A stretch of 64,000 bases of DNA from Candidatus Bathyarchaeota archaeon (GCA_963815095.1 CAWFFH010000005.1:96001-160000), one strand, 5' to 3'. Shown: positions 48,845 to 59,399, numbered from the stretch's first letter. Notes: a model not told the origin generated them from the sequence alone. Numbers and translations: made by a program.

Positions 48845-48970
48845 ATGTTATCACGAGATTGCGACGGATGCTCCCAAATGAAACCGTGCAGTAAACGATT
48901 CGATATCGCCGAGAAAGGTAATTATGTTTATTGCCCAGACGGAACAGCCCATTTAATTGACGGCGCCTAA
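48845..48970 (+). CDS. small Cys-rich protein (41 aa)
   Basis: MLSRDCDGCSQMKPCSKRFDIAEKGNYVYCPDGTAHLIDGA; AAGGAGG RBS; T-rich terminator follows. Confidence 0.65.
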   Translation: MLSRDCDGCSQMKPCSKRFDIAEKGNYVYCPDGTAHLIDGA

Positions 48971-49046
48971 AACAAAAATTAATTGTTAGTTTTAAACAAA
49001 CAATTTTTTTTATTTTTCTTTATTTTTCTTACTACCTTTGTTCAGC

Positions 49047-49458
49047 CTATAGCTTTTCCAAAGTCTTCTTAACTTCGACTATGACATCTGAGAAGTCTGC
49101 TTCTTTGTCAGGTTTCATGCCTTTCTTTGAAACTTTCAGAATTGTCTCGTAGCCTTTGCTTTTCAGCTCTTTTTCTATTACTTTCATTGTCCGTTCGTTT
49201 CCAAAGATGCGGTATGTGCAGAACAAAATGGCTTTTTTGTTTTGCGCTTTAGTCATGCTTTTTGATCGAGGTTTTGGTTTCTTTGGCGGGACTTGAGCCT
49301 TCAACGGGGGTGCCTAAGATTAGGTGGTCGTAAGTTTCGATGGTTGAAGGTGTTGTTCCTGCAATGTCAAAGATTGCGACTTTTGCTATATCGGCTATGG
49401 CTTGGGCTAAACGTTTGGTGTTGCCTGTTCTTGAAAAGTAAACTACGCATCCGTTCAT
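49047..49458 (-). pseudogene. flavodoxin, split by a +1 frameshift (real or sequencing error)
   Basis: YFSRTGNT and LGTPV in one frame, KAILFCTY in the next; extra base in the T5 run 49259-49263. Confidence 0.8.
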
Positions 49459-49556
49459 GGATTAAATTAGCGGTGGATAGGTTATAAAATCTTCCACTAA
49501 CTATTTTGTGGTAAGTTTAAAAGTTCAGCCAAGTAGTATTTGTTGAGCAGAAAACC

Positions 49557-51329
49557 ATGGATTACGCCATAATTGCCGACGCCTATGAAAAAATAGAAGC
49601 AACAACCAAACGCTTAGAAATGACTGATTTGCTGGTTGAACTACTTAAGAAAACCCCCAAAGGAGTCATAGCTAAAGTTGTTTATTTAACGCAGGGCAAA
49701 CTATACCCCGACTTTATGGGCGTAGAGATGGGTGTTGCCGAAAAACTTGCCATAAAAGCCCTCTCACGTGCAGCAGGACAAAGTGAAAGTGTAATCCAAG
49801 CGGAACTTCAGAAAAGTGGTGACATCGGAGAAACATCACAAAAACAATTAGAAAAACGCAAACAATCCACTTTCTTCACTAGAAAGCTCACAGCCGAACG
49901 TGTTTATGAGACGCTTGATAAACTTGCAAAAACCTCAGGCTCAGGCGCCGTTGACACCAAAATGGCCTTGCTCTGTGGACTCTTAACTGACGCTTCGCCC
50001 AAAGAGGCAAAATGGATAATCCGCACCGTAACGGGCAACCTGCGTTTAGGCATCGCTGATATGACGGTGCTTGACTCGTTGGCAATTGCCTACGGCGGAG
50101 GAAAGGAAGCCCGGGAACTCATCGAACGCGCCTACAACATATCCTCGGACCTTGGCAGGGTAGCAAACATCGTTGTCGAAAAAGGCATAGAAGGCATCCA
50201 AAAGTTCCAAGTCGTTGTTTTTGAACCCATAAGACCCATGTTGGCTGAACGCCTTGGTGCCCCAGAAGAAATTTTAGAAAAGTTTAGCGGCAAATGCGTT
50301 GCCGAATACAAGTACGACGGGGAACGAATCCAAGCACACAAAAAAGACGACAAGGTAATTTTATTTTCGAGGCGTATGGAGAACATTTCTGACCAATACC
50401 CCGACGCCGTAGATTTAATCAAAGAAAAAATCGCTGCAAAAGAAGCCATCTTCGAAGCCGAATGTGTAGCAATGGATCTAGAAACGGGTGACATGCGCCC
50501 ATTTCAAGAACTCATGCACCGCAGACGCAAATATGGCATAGAAGCAGCCATACAAGATTACCCGATTTCGCTATTTGCCTTTGACGCACTCTACGTTGAC
50601 GGCAAAGACCTAACCCAAGAACCATTCCCGCACAGACGCAAAATTCTCGAAAAAATCATCAAACAAACCGACCGCATTAAACCAGCTACACAAAAACTCG
50701 TCAACAGCCCCAAAGAGCTGGAGGATTTCTTTGAGCAAGCCATAGCGGAAGGCTGTGAAGGCTTAATATGCAAATCCGTTGCCAAAGACTCAGTTTACCA
50801 GGCAGGAAGTCGTGGTTGGCTATGGATAAAGCTGAAGCGCGACTATCGAAGTGAAATGACTGACACAGTAGATTTGGTGGTGGTTGGCGCTTTTCATGGC
50901 AGAGGCAAACGTGTTGGAGCTTATGGTGCTTTGCTCTTAGCTACATACAATGACAAAACAGACACGTTTGAAACAGTCACCAAATGTGGCACCGGTTTCA
51001 CTGACAAAGACTTGGCAATGCTTCATGAAATGCTCCAAAAACATATGGTTCCCCGTAAAAACAGTCGCGTCCAATCAACGATGGAGGCAGATGTATGGTT
51101 TGAGCCCGCGGTGGTTTTGGAGATTCTTGGAGCAGAAGTCACTTTGAGCCCCATTCACATGGCCGCAATGGACTCCATCCGCAAAGGTGCAGGCTTAGCA
51201 ATTCGTTTTCCTCGTTTTACAGGCAAATACCGCACCGAGAAAGCTCCCGAAGATGCAACGACCTCTAAAGAAATCGTTGAGATGTACCGTGCCCAACTGA
51301 AAAAAATCGGCAAAAACCCCACTGCATAG
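49557..51329 (+). CDS. lig: ATP-dependent DNA ligase
   Basis: PMLA, EYKYDGER, EGLICK, WIKLKRDY, IRFPRF. Confidence 0.98.
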   Translation: MDYAIIADAYEKIEATTKRLEMTDLLVELLKKTPKGVIAKVVYLTQGKLYPDFMGVEMGVAEKLAIKALSRAAGQSESVIQAELQKSGDIGETSQKQLEKRKQSTFFTRKLTAERVYETLDKLAKTSGSGAVDTKMALLCGLLTDASPKEAKWIIRTVTGNLRLGIADMTVLDSLAIAYGGGKEARELIERAYNISSDLGRVANIVVEKGIEGIQKFQVVVFEPIRPMLAERLGAPEEILEKFSGKCVAEYKYDGERIQAHKKDDKVILFSRRMENISDQYPDAVDLIKEKIAAKEAIFEAECVAMDLETGDMRPFQELMHRRRKYGIEAAIQDYPISLFAFDALYVDGKDLTQEPFPHRRKILEKIIKQTDRIKPATQKLVNSPKELEDFFEQAIAEGCEGLICKSVAKDSVYQAGSRGWLWIKLKRDYRSEMTDTVDLVVVGAFHGRGKRVGAYGALLLATYNDKTDTFETVTKCGTGFTDKDLAMLHEMLQKHMVPRKNSRVQSTMEADVWFEPAVVLEILGAEVTLSPIHMAAMDSIRKGAGLAIRFPRFTGKYRTEKAPEDATTSKEIVEMYRAQLKKIGKNPTA

Positions 51330-51353
51330 CGATAAAGATTGGACTATGATGTG

Positions 51354-52118
51354 CTAATCTGAATAGTCAGCATAAATTGAATTCACACCTATTCCGCAAT
51401 TAATAGTTAACGAGGGTCCCTCAAAGGTGCTCATTCCCATGCCGGAGGAAGGCGGTGAGACCACTTCGAAAGTTGCCCAGGTGCAGATTACGCGGTAGAT
51501 ATGTTGGTTTGGGAGAGAAATAGAATATGTTCCAGATTGAATTAGTCCTCCTGAGCTCGGTGAGCCTGATGTGGTTTTTACCGGTGTTGAGTATGTTGAA
51601 TTGTCAGCTGTGTTTACAAATTTTATTTCGGTTGGAAAAATATCGTTATACGAATTTGCTGTGACTGTGCCTGAAACTTGAACTTCAGCGTTCAAGACAG
51701 TTAAATCGTATGATTTGGACGTGGAATTGCCATTTGCTGAAGTGGAGGTAATGGTGATTGTGTAAATGTCTGAGGTCGCATCGGCTGGAACATTGATTGT
51801 TAGGTTGCTGGTAAATGTGTTGTTTGCGGAGGGTGTTCCTTTTTCTTTGGAGAAAACACATTCTGTGCCGTTTGGTCCACCAGATGCCGTTAAAATAACA
51901 AGTTCAGGAGAACCACCGGTATAGGTCATGTTAATGTTTGTGGTGCAGTTGTTTGCTTGCAAAACTGTGCCGTTGGATGGATAAACGCTTAAGGTATAGT
52001 CTAAGGGCGTAGACACTGAGGGTTTAGTTTTAGGATAAAAATCCACAATGACATAGGCAACTAAAACTAACAGCAGAACAGCGAAAACACCAATAATTTT
52101 CTTTGAGTTTTTGGACAT
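51354..52118 (-). CDS. N-terminally anchored Ig-like surface protein
   Basis: N-terminal TM; Thr/Ser-rich beta domains. Confidence 0.7.
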   Translation of the reverse strand: MSKNSKKIIGVFAVLLLVLVAYVIVDFYPKTKPSVSTPLDYTLSVYPSNGTVLQANNCTTNINMTYTGGSPELVILTASGGPNGTECVFSKEKGTPSANNTFTSNLTINVPADATSDIYTITITSTSANGNSTSKSYDLTVLNAEVQVSGTVTANSYNDIFPTEIKFVNTADNSTYSTPVKTTSGSPSSGGLIQSGTYSISLPNQHIYRVICTWATFEVVSPPSSGMGMSTFEGPSLTINCGIGVNSIYADYSD

Positions 52119-52256
52119 TACTTTGGTCGCCCAAAGAACTATTGTAGAGTGTTCCTTTTAGTTCTATTGAAGGAACACGCTGTTCCAACGCTGGAACGCA
52201 GAAAAGCTAAAACTGATAAGTCTCTTGTGCCTAAGTAATTGCGAGTGTTGATTGGC

Positions 52257-52877
52257 TTGTCTCAAGACCCAGAAAAAATGAAAACGATGATAGCCTTCAA
52301 GAAACGACTTGAAGAGCAACTGGAAAAATTAACTAGTGAAACAAACGAGGTCCAAGCAACCCTCGACACTGTTAACCAAATTCTGCTTGAGAAAGGATTC
52401 AAACGCGGAGACATAAAAGAGGTTCCTGCAGTTCCAGTGCCAGTGCTCAAAGAAGTGGTTTTGCCAAAACATGAATCTGAGGCGCCAAAAGCACCGTTGA
52501 CCCAGCAGCACACAGAGCCCGAAAGCGTCATACCTCTAAAAACTATGGCTGACGAACCCTTAGCATTAATGTACTTTGGTAAACAAACAATACATGTGTT
52601 GCCTGACGAAAGCAAAAATTTTAGCGTCAACACAACCCCTTTTGGAAATTTTCTCATTGAGAAAGTCTTTGCAAAAATGCAGGAAAAAGACAAAGAACTC
52701 GTCAGGCTAGGGCAACTACAGACCGACAAAATGTTCTCCTATAACATCGTTCGAGAAGGCGACTTAATTCGAGAAATAATCATCAAAAACGCCGATGACG
52801 AACGTCTCAAAGAACTCAAGTCGAGCATCCGCTGGACTTTTGAGAAAATGTATGAAAAAATGAAAAGCGGCACCTAA
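52257..52877 (+). CDS. hypothetical protein with N-terminal coiled coil
   Basis: coiled-coil N-terminus; C-terminal LKSSIRWTFEKM. Confidence 0.75.
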   Translation: MSQDPEKMKTMIAFKKRLEEQLEKLTSETNEVQATLDTVNQILLEKGFKRGDIKEVPAVPVPVLKEVVLPKHESEAPKAPLTQQHTEPESVIPLKTMADEPLALMYFGKQTIHVLPDESKNFSVNTTPFGNFLIEKVFAKMQEKDKELVRLGQLQTDKMFSYNIVREGDLIREIIIKNADDERLKELKSSIRWTFEKMYEKMKSGT

Positions 52878-52878
52878 A

Positions 52879-53205
52879 CTACATTGAATGTTTCAGTAGG
52901 GTGTCAACTATTTTGTTCTTGGGACATAAACCCACAAGTCTTTCCGCTTCTTTGCCGTCTTTGAAAACTATCATGGTGGGTATACTGAAGACTTGAAATT
53001 TTTCTGCAGTTGCTGGGTTCTCGTCAACATCGAGTTTGCCAATTAAGAATTTGCCGCTGTATTCTTTGGCTAGTTCCACGATAGTTGGAGCTAAGGCTCT
53101 GCAGGGACCACACCAATTAGCCCAGAAATCCACAAAGACCAGCTTGTTTTTCTTGACTGTTTCCTCAAAATTTGAGTCGGTTATATGAAAAGGTTCAGCG
53201 CTCAC
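52879..53205 (-). CDS. trxA: thioredoxin
   Basis: VDFWANWCGPC, SIPT. Confidence 0.97.
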   Translation of the reverse strand: MSAEPFHITDSNFEETVKKNKLVFVDFWANWCGPCRALAPTIVELAKEYSGKFLIGKLDVDENPATAEKFQVFSIPTMIVFKDGKEAERLVGLCPKNKIVDTLLKHSM

Positions 53206-53641
53206 GTTTAATTTCTCCTAATAATCAACAATAATCTAAAAGAATAGTTTGATATAAACCGTTCGTGACAACAAATTTCATGGTCACACTTTTACTTTTT
53301 CAAGCGCGTTCTTGAATGAGCAGTAAGAACCTTTAGCAGATCTAAAATATTATCAAAATTTTTTTTCAATCAAACGCCGCTTTTCCTGCAAAAGTGCTAT
53401 TGCTTTCTGGATTAAATATCGCCTTTGTCAACCATTTAATTATTGTCGAACTGAAAACTACGTAAATCTCATTGAACAAACGACGGCATTTCCGATTGTC
53501 CCTTTCGCCTTATGTAAGGAAAAAAGCTTTAATTTTGAAGGGCTTGTGATTGCTTGTTTACTCCCACAAAAACATATAACCCAACTTAAAGATTGAGAAT
53601 TTGAACTGCACCATCCCTTCTTAACTAAATTGGTCCAAACT

Positions 53642-54604
53642 ATGAATCGAAAGGAACTGTACAAAATTTTTAAAACTTCCTTTCAGGACTGGCGAGACGA
53701 TAACGCCACACTCAGAGCGGCAGCCCTGACTTTTTTCATAATTCTGCCCTTGCCTACCCTTTTGCTTATTGTGGTGTCTATTTTTGCTCAGTTTTTCGGT
53801 CAGTCCCAAGCCATCCAAATAGTTATTCTACAAATATCTGAAGTTGCAGGACCTGCCGTATCTGATTTGTTTAAGCAATTGCTTTCAAGCTCAGGTTCAC
53901 CATTTACATCGGTTTGGACTGCAATTGTTGTGGTGGGTTTTTCCGTTGGCGGTGCAATAGGTGCGTTTTCTGTTTTACGTGACACAATGGATGTTATTTG
54001 GGAGGTTAAGGTGCCTAAAGAGCGACCTTTGTGGAAAAGAATTAGGCAGACAATTGGACCGTTTGTTCTTGTTTCTGTGCTTGGATTGATTGTAATTGCT
54101 TGGACGGTAATTGTCCGTAGCTTGTTTAGTTTGATACGATTTTATTCAATAAATGGAACTCTAACTGTAGTTGTAATTGCATTTGCTCAATTTATTTTAT
54201 CTTTTGCCGTTTCAACATTGCTTTTCGCATTAATCTACAAACTGATACCCCAAGCAAGAGTACACTGGCAAGACGTAATCGTCGCATCCGTTGTGACTGG
54301 CATTGCATTTACTGTAACAAATTATATTTTTGGTACTTACATTCAAACCTTTACCGTCACCACGGTCATCGGAGCGGCTGGTTCATTACTGATTATTCTG
54401 CTTTGGATTTTTGTGTTAAACCAAATCGTTCTCTTCGGGGCAGAAGTCTCCAAAATTTACGCCACAAAAGTCAGTGAACATTCACGACAACATTTCTCCC
54501 CTTCCATAGAAAAAATAGTTCAACCCTTAGAGAAAGCTGGAGAGAGAATAGAACAAGCGACAAAAGATGAGTTTGAAACCCAAGAAAAAACCAAAAAAGA
54601 ATAA
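53642..54604 (+). CDS. YihY/virulence factor BrkB family membrane protein
   Basis: AAALTFF...LP, IYKLIP, GAAGSLLIILLW, LFGAEV. Confidence 0.9.
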   Translation: MNRKELYKIFKTSFQDWRDDNATLRAAALTFFIILPLPTLLLIVVSIFAQFFGQSQAIQIVILQISEVAGPAVSDLFKQLLSSSGSPFTSVWTAIVVVGFSVGGAIGAFSVLRDTMDVIWEVKVPKERPLWKRIRQTIGPFVLVSVLGLIVIAWTVIVRSLFSLIRFYSINGTLTVVVIAFAQFILSFAVSTLLFALIYKLIPQARVHWQDVIVASVVTGIAFTVTNYIFGTYIQTFTVTTVIGAAGSLLIILLWIFVLNQIVLFGAEVSKIYATKVSEHSRQHFSPSIEKIVQPLEKAGERIEQATKDEFETQEKTKKE

Positions 54605-54700
54605 GTCAAAAAGAAACAAGAGTAAGAGAGACCAACCCAAACCCGACAATCCCTTTCAAAGAAGACGGCTAATTTTTGACAGTTTCCTAAGTTGAGGTGA

Positions 54701-55000
54701 TTAGTCAATTCGGAATATGCCTGTCCCATCAAATATTGCATCTTCGTCGTTTAACCCAAAATACTTACCTACTCTTTGTCCTTTATCGGTTAGGGTGTAC
54801 ACTTTTTTAGATCCCAAAGTTTCTTCTCTAATTAGGTCAAATTTGATCAGAAAATTAAAACTTTCTTTTGAAGAAACCAAATCAAGGTCCGCTTTGCGTA
54901 TTATTTGTTGGCGCGTCATTGAGTCCATGGTCTCTAAGACCTTAATTACGGCGAGGTACATCTCCATTCTGGAAAGTGCCAAGTTGTATCGTCCTTTCAA
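54701..55000 (-). CDS. winged-helix DNA-binding protein
   Basis: SRMEMYLAVI...YTLTDKG. Confidence 0.75.
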   Translation of the reverse strand: MKGRYNLALSRMEMYLAVIKVLETMDSMTRQQIIRKADLDLVSSKESFNFLIKFDLIREETLGSKKVYTLTDKGQRVGKYFGLNDEDAIFDGTGIFRID

Positions 55001-55225
55001 AAGGAGATGGAAACATTTTAACTATTAAGCCTTTCGACTTAAGACTGTTATCACGAGAGAATAAAACTGGAACAATTTAGCCAAAAATTACAAAATATCA
55101 ATACGCACTCAATTTCAACCAGATCTGCTTGTCCATTTAGATGTGGGAAGTGTTGAAGCATAAAGGAAAAGGCAGAAATTTTTTAAAAAAGAAAAGCACA
55201 ACTAATTTAAGATTAAAATAAAGTT

Positions 55226-55573
55226 CTATTTTTTTCCAAAAGTTTGTGGATCGATCTGCCTTCGTGTCCCATCTTTATCGATAACATACATGTGGAAGTC
55301 GTATTCGTTGCAATAATTCTTGAATTCACCATACCTTTGGATGTTGCCTTCAAACATTTCAGGAGTTGCTATTTCGCAGATTCGGGTTATGCAGCCTTTC
55401 TTTTCTGCTTGAATATCAGGGATGTAGCCTTTCGCGATTTCAGATGGTTTCTCGTAACCCTCTGCATTAGCTTTTACTAGCCAATTATCCCGTTTCAATT
55501 CTTCGGCAACAGCTATAACACATGCGTTATGACTATCTTGAGGTTTACTTTTTTTCTCGGTCAAATTAAACAC
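55226..55573 (-). CDS. small PD-(D/E)xK-fold-like protein
   Basis: PDIQAEK...ICEIAT; catalytic Lys not evident. Confidence 0.55.
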   Translation of the reverse strand: MFNLTEKKSKPQDSHNACVIAVAEELKRDNWLVKANAEGYEKPSEIAKGYIPDIQAEKKGCITRICEIATPEMFEGNIQRYGEFKNYCNEYDFHMYVIDKDGTRRQIDPQTFGKK

Positions 55574-55761
55574 CTAAATGAATAATACTTAAAGGGATTT
55601 AATTAAGCGTCCGAAAGAAGAGAGGTACCCCACATAGTTTCTTAAAAGTCAAGCCAAAGATTGTTTGAGCTGCATTGAAGATTTGCCCGATTAAGAACTG
55701 CTCATTAGCCTGCTAATGCCAGCTTAATAGTTTTTTTAACTTAAGAGATTATTGGGTTTGA

Positions 55762-55839
55762 TGGTGGGCCGAGGCGGATTTGAACTGCCGACCTTTCGAT
55801 TATCAGTCGAACGCTCCAGCCAAGCTGAGCTACCGGCCC
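55762..55839 (-). tRNA. tRNA-Ile(GAT), CCA encoded
   Basis: GGGCCGG/TCGGCCC; TTCGA-CTGATAA-TCGAA; T-stem has one A.C mismatch. Confidence 0.95.
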
Positions 55840-55943
55840 CCATTTTTGACGTGACACAAATCTAATATTGTGTAGTTTTATAAGCATTGCCGTAAATCTT
55901 TTAATGCAACTCCATTATTGAGTTGTTAGGTTCAGTTTAGTTT

Positions 55944-56022
55944 GGGTTCGTAGCCTAGCACGGATTAAGGTGTCGGCCTTCGGAGCCGAAGATCGAGGGT
56001 TCAAATCCCTCCGGACCCGCCA
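55944..56022 (+). tRNA. tRNA-Arg(TCG), CCA encoded
   Basis: GGGTTCG/CGGACCC-G-CCA; TCGGC-CTTCGGA-GCCGA; GAGGGTTCAAATCCCTC. Confidence 0.97.
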
Positions 56023-56117
56023 AATTATAAGGGAGTAAGTACTAGACTTTTTTTCCCAATATCTTTGAATTTTTTTTTATTTTCAGCGGATGCCCTAAGC
56101 TTTAGGAGGGCTATTTC

Positions 56118-56666
56118 TTGAGCATCATTTTTACTTATCTTCGGCAGCCGCTTAACCGTTACACGTTCAAGGCGCCGAAAACTCGGGCGTGGGTTGAGCA
56201 ACATTGCCAGGGCAAGCATGTGCTTAACCTTTTTGCAGGTCCTACTCGATTGAGTGGCTGCATAGAAGTCGCCAACGACATTGATCCAGCTATGCCGGGC
56301 ACGCTTTTCCAGATGGATGCTTTGGAGTGCGCTAAAATGTTTAGGGAAGAGGGCGAGTTGTTTGATGTTGTTTTGATTGATGGACCTTACAGTTACCGCA
56401 AATCTATGGAGCTGTACAATGGGCATAAGAATAGTCGTTTCAAGCAGCTCCTCGATGTTATCCCTGATATTTTGACGCCAAACGGGTTGGTTATCAATTT
56501 TGGTTATCTTAGCAGCGTAATGAGTGGCAAGCGTGGTTTTCGTGTTCGGGAGATTTGCCTGATTAGCCATGGTGGCGCTCAGCATGACACCATTGCCTCC
56601 GTTGAGGAGCGAATCAAGTCACCAAACAGGAGAGAGCATAAATGGAAATCTTGCAAGAAGAGTTAA
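56118..56666 (+). CDS. small virus-type DNA (adenine) methyltransferase
   Basis: motif I VLNLFAG, NDID, DA, motif IV DGPY (variant of DPPY), ISHGGAQHDTI. Confidence 0.75.
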   Translation: MSIIFTYLRQPLNRYTFKAPKTRAWVEQHCQGKHVLNLFAGPTRLSGCIEVANDIDPAMPGTLFQMDALECAKMFREEGELFDVVLIDGPYSYRKSMELYNGHKNSRFKQLLDVIPDILTPNGLVINFGYLSSVMSGKRGFRVREICLISHGGAQHDTIASVEERIKSPNRREHKWKSCKKS

Positions 56667-57172
56667 TCAAAAGAGGCCAAGATCTCTACGGAATAAACCC
56701 CAAAGACTGGAAATTTAGATGTACTTACAAGCTCACAGGCTGCAAATGTACCAAAGTACAATCTTTCGCTAGCATCATTGAGCGACTCGAGAAAGGCATG
56801 CCTCCTTGTGCTAGGTTTGGCTTGTGCCTTCTTATGAGCAATATACTCGTCATTATCGACCCCAGCAAACCCCATAATCGTGCCTTGGAGCAGAATTGTT
56901 ACCACATGTTTCCGCTAGCCAACGATGCGCAAATGCTTGCAGCTGACCAAACAAACGCTCGTAGCTCCTGTGATCTTGTCAAAGAATGCTTAGGTGTTGA
57001 TGGCTTGTTCTGTGATACTTTCGCTCATCCTTTTGATGAGTGTTTGAAGTATCAACGGTTCCTGATTCGTGCTGGCAATATGTACCGTGCTGGTTGGGAG
57101 TTTAATCCTTTTGAGATTGCCGATTTTGATCGGTTCTGGAAGATCCCTGAACACAGGGAGGCTTTTTCATGA
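56642..57172 (+). CDS. Cys-rich viral hypothetical protein (VVA0879-like)
   Basis: GQDLYGINPKDWKFRC...C..VQS N-terminus and FEIA near the end resemble that phage family. Confidence 0.5.
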   Translation: MEILQEELIKRGQDLYGINPKDWKFRCTYKLTGCKCTKVQSFASIIERLEKGMPPCARFGLCLLMSNILVIIDPSKPHNRALEQNCYHMFPLANDAQMLAADQTNARSSCDLVKECLGVDGLFCDTFAHPFDECLKYQRFLIRAGNMYRAGWEFNPFEIADFDRFWKIPEHREAFS

Positions 57173-58176
57173 TTGATCCTGAACAAAAGGTAGATCCTGC
57201 CCTGCAAGAGGTAGCCGATAAGATTCTGCATGATTTGCCTGAAGAGGTAGCCATGGGCATTTCCTTTAAGTTGCATGAAGGCGGCGATGCCTTAGTTTTA
57301 ACTTATCCAAAGTCTTTGCATGGAACGCCTGATATGCACTTGCTAGATAATACGGTGCGAAGGTATAGTGGGGCTTTTGTAAGTCGGGGAAAAGACAACT
57401 CGTTTTATTTGATTCCCAAACCCAAATCTCAGCAGCCAGTGACTGAGCAGTCGAAGGAAGATCCTAAACCCGAAGCCACACCCGCCGCTCCTATAGAGGC
57501 GCCAAAACCTGTCGACGTCAAAACTGCCGAACCCACGCCAGCACCCACACCTGAAAAGCAAAAGTTGCCTACAGAACTGGCGAATGAAGCAACCGAAAAA
57601 CGTAACAAAGAAACAACTGAAAAAACGCTTAAGCAGTCTAGCCCAATAGCCACTTTCAAAGCCAAAGTTTGCATAAGTTGCTCTGATGCCGATTCCTGCA
57701 GTGCTGAGCACATGCGGTTGTGTTTTAGTGTTTTGAAGATGGAATCGATGGCTGATATTTCACGTTTGCTTGACAAATTAGCCACTGATTTGCCTTTGGC
57801 TCTTGGAGACTTGTCTGCTCAGCTCTCCATGTTTTCTGTAGCGGCGCCACAGCCTAAGCCGCCTACTGCGCCGTCTCAGCTGCCGAAGGTGCAGCGGGAT
57901 ACTAACCCGCGGGAAGGCTTCGAAGAGGATGGTTTAGTCTGGGTTAAAGTCTTCGAGAATGGCACTGCCAACCTGAAGTACCTGAAGGCCTACGAGAAAG
58001 ATAATCAGGGCAGGCAACGCTTTGCAGACTTAGCCAAATGGATTACTGACAAGAAAGACAAGCCCTTCACTAAGCTGCATTTCTTGGGCGAGGAGTGCCA
58101 AGTTTTCCTTTGGAATTTCAATCAAGGCCCATCCGCGATTGGAAAAAGTAAGTGCAAAAGTCAAGGGAGCGCTTAA
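57169..58176 (+). CDS. viral hypothetical protein with Pro/Glu linkers and CxxC-x4-C-x6-C cluster
   Basis: 335-aa ORF with ATGA overlap. Confidence 0.65.
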   Translation: MIDPEQKVDPALQEVADKILHDLPEEVAMGISFKLHEGGDALVLTYPKSLHGTPDMHLLDNTVRRYSGAFVSRGKDNSFYLIPKPKSQQPVTEQSKEDPKPEATPAAPIEAPKPVDVKTAEPTPAPTPEKQKLPTELANEATEKRNKETTEKTLKQSSPIATFKAKVCISCSDADSCSAEHMRLCFSVLKMESMADISRLLDKLATDLPLALGDLSAQLSMFSVAAPQPKPPTAPSQLPKVQRDTNPREGFEEDGLVWVKVFENGTANLKYLKAYEKDNQGRQRFADLAKWITDKKDKPFTKLHFLGEECQVFLWNFNQGPSAIGKSKCKSQGSA

Positions 58177-58179
58177 TTT

Positions 58180-59244
58180 TTGGTTGTTGCATCTGATAAT
58201 TCCTCGGGCAACATACCTAACACCTGTTTAAACAGTTTACCAACGGCTGACAAGCTTTGGGGGATAGAGCGTAGAGTTTACCAAGTTATCGACTGCTTCA
58301 GAAGTCGAATTAAAACCCTGTGAAATTGCCCGAATTATCCATAAAACCAAGAAACCCAAGCAAATTAAGCCCGGTCAATATACCACCGTTCGCGTAGCCT
58401 GTCGGAACCTTCTCAACAAAGGCTTGATCGTGCAGCCCTATGAGGGAACATACTGCAACAAAATCACCCACGGGGTGCGGTTCGTTCCGCTTTGCGTGCA
58501 TAATGTGACGTTGCTTGCTAAGGTTTGTCAGAATCTTAAGCATTGGGAAAACGATGAGTTTGTCGGTGGGGTGAAGATTCATGTTTGTTTTGGTAAAGAG
58601 CGCAAGCAGGTTACGGGTTATATTGCTTGTGACGTCGGGGGCATGTCGCATGATGCTTGTCTTTTGGCGCTTAATAGGTGGTTCGAAATTGTTGAGGGCA
58701 GATTGGGCTATTGCCTGCAGGATGTTGGTTTTGCAGACGGTGGAGTTTAACAAAGATTACCATGGCGCCCGCATCGATGGTTTTCAATGTGTAACTAAGA
58801 TGGAGCTCTACGGGATTATTGATCGGACTTACCAGAAGGAAGAGGATGTAATTCGGCGAGAACGGAAGATCGTTTTGCCTATGACGATGAACAAGTTTGA
58901 GTCTGAAATTCATCGACAAATGGAAGACATTGGCAAAGGGCAGGAATTCTTTGAGTTGCAGCAGGAGGTTAAGCGGCTTTCTGAAACTCAGAAATTTAGC
59001 AATAAGTTGCAGCTTAGAGCAGTTTAGGCTTTTGGAGGCTATGTATCAGACTCTTGGAAAAACGAGCGGTGGCAGGGCTGTTGAGAATTTGGAGGGTTTA
59101 CTTAAGGAGTTTACTGAAGCTGCAAAGAATTTTTCAACTGAGGCTAGGGTGCTTCATGAAGCGATTGGTAAACTTGGCGATTTAGAGAGTGACCCGAAAC
59201 GGCTTGCTGAGGGACAAAGACGGCTTGGGGAGTATGTGACTTGA
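58180..59244 (+). pseudogene. wHTH plus possible replication-initiator domain, split by three +1 frameshifts
   Basis: four overlapping frames join near 58290, 58724 and 59019 into about 350 aa: LKPCEIAR...VRVACRNLLNKGL (wHTH), HNV, EFNKDY, RTYQKE..RRE, coiled coil. Confidence 0.6.
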
Positions 59245-59399
59245 CTTTGCAGATGGAGTTAGCGCCTTGTCCTTGTCGCCGTTGCCCGTGGAAACTTAGG
59301 AGTAAATGCGAGCATTACGCGAGAGTTTGCTTAGAGCTGCGCAGTTGCAGTAACTGCGATCATCCGCTTGAGCAATGCGTTAAGGAGGCTTCCGTTTGA
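59241..59399 (+). CDS. small Cys-rich viral protein (52 aa)
   Basis: CPCRRC...C...C...CSNC...C; TTGA overlaps at both ends. Confidence 0.6.
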   Translation: MTLQMELAPCPCRRCPWKLRSKCEHYARVCLELRSCSNCDHPLEQCVKEASV

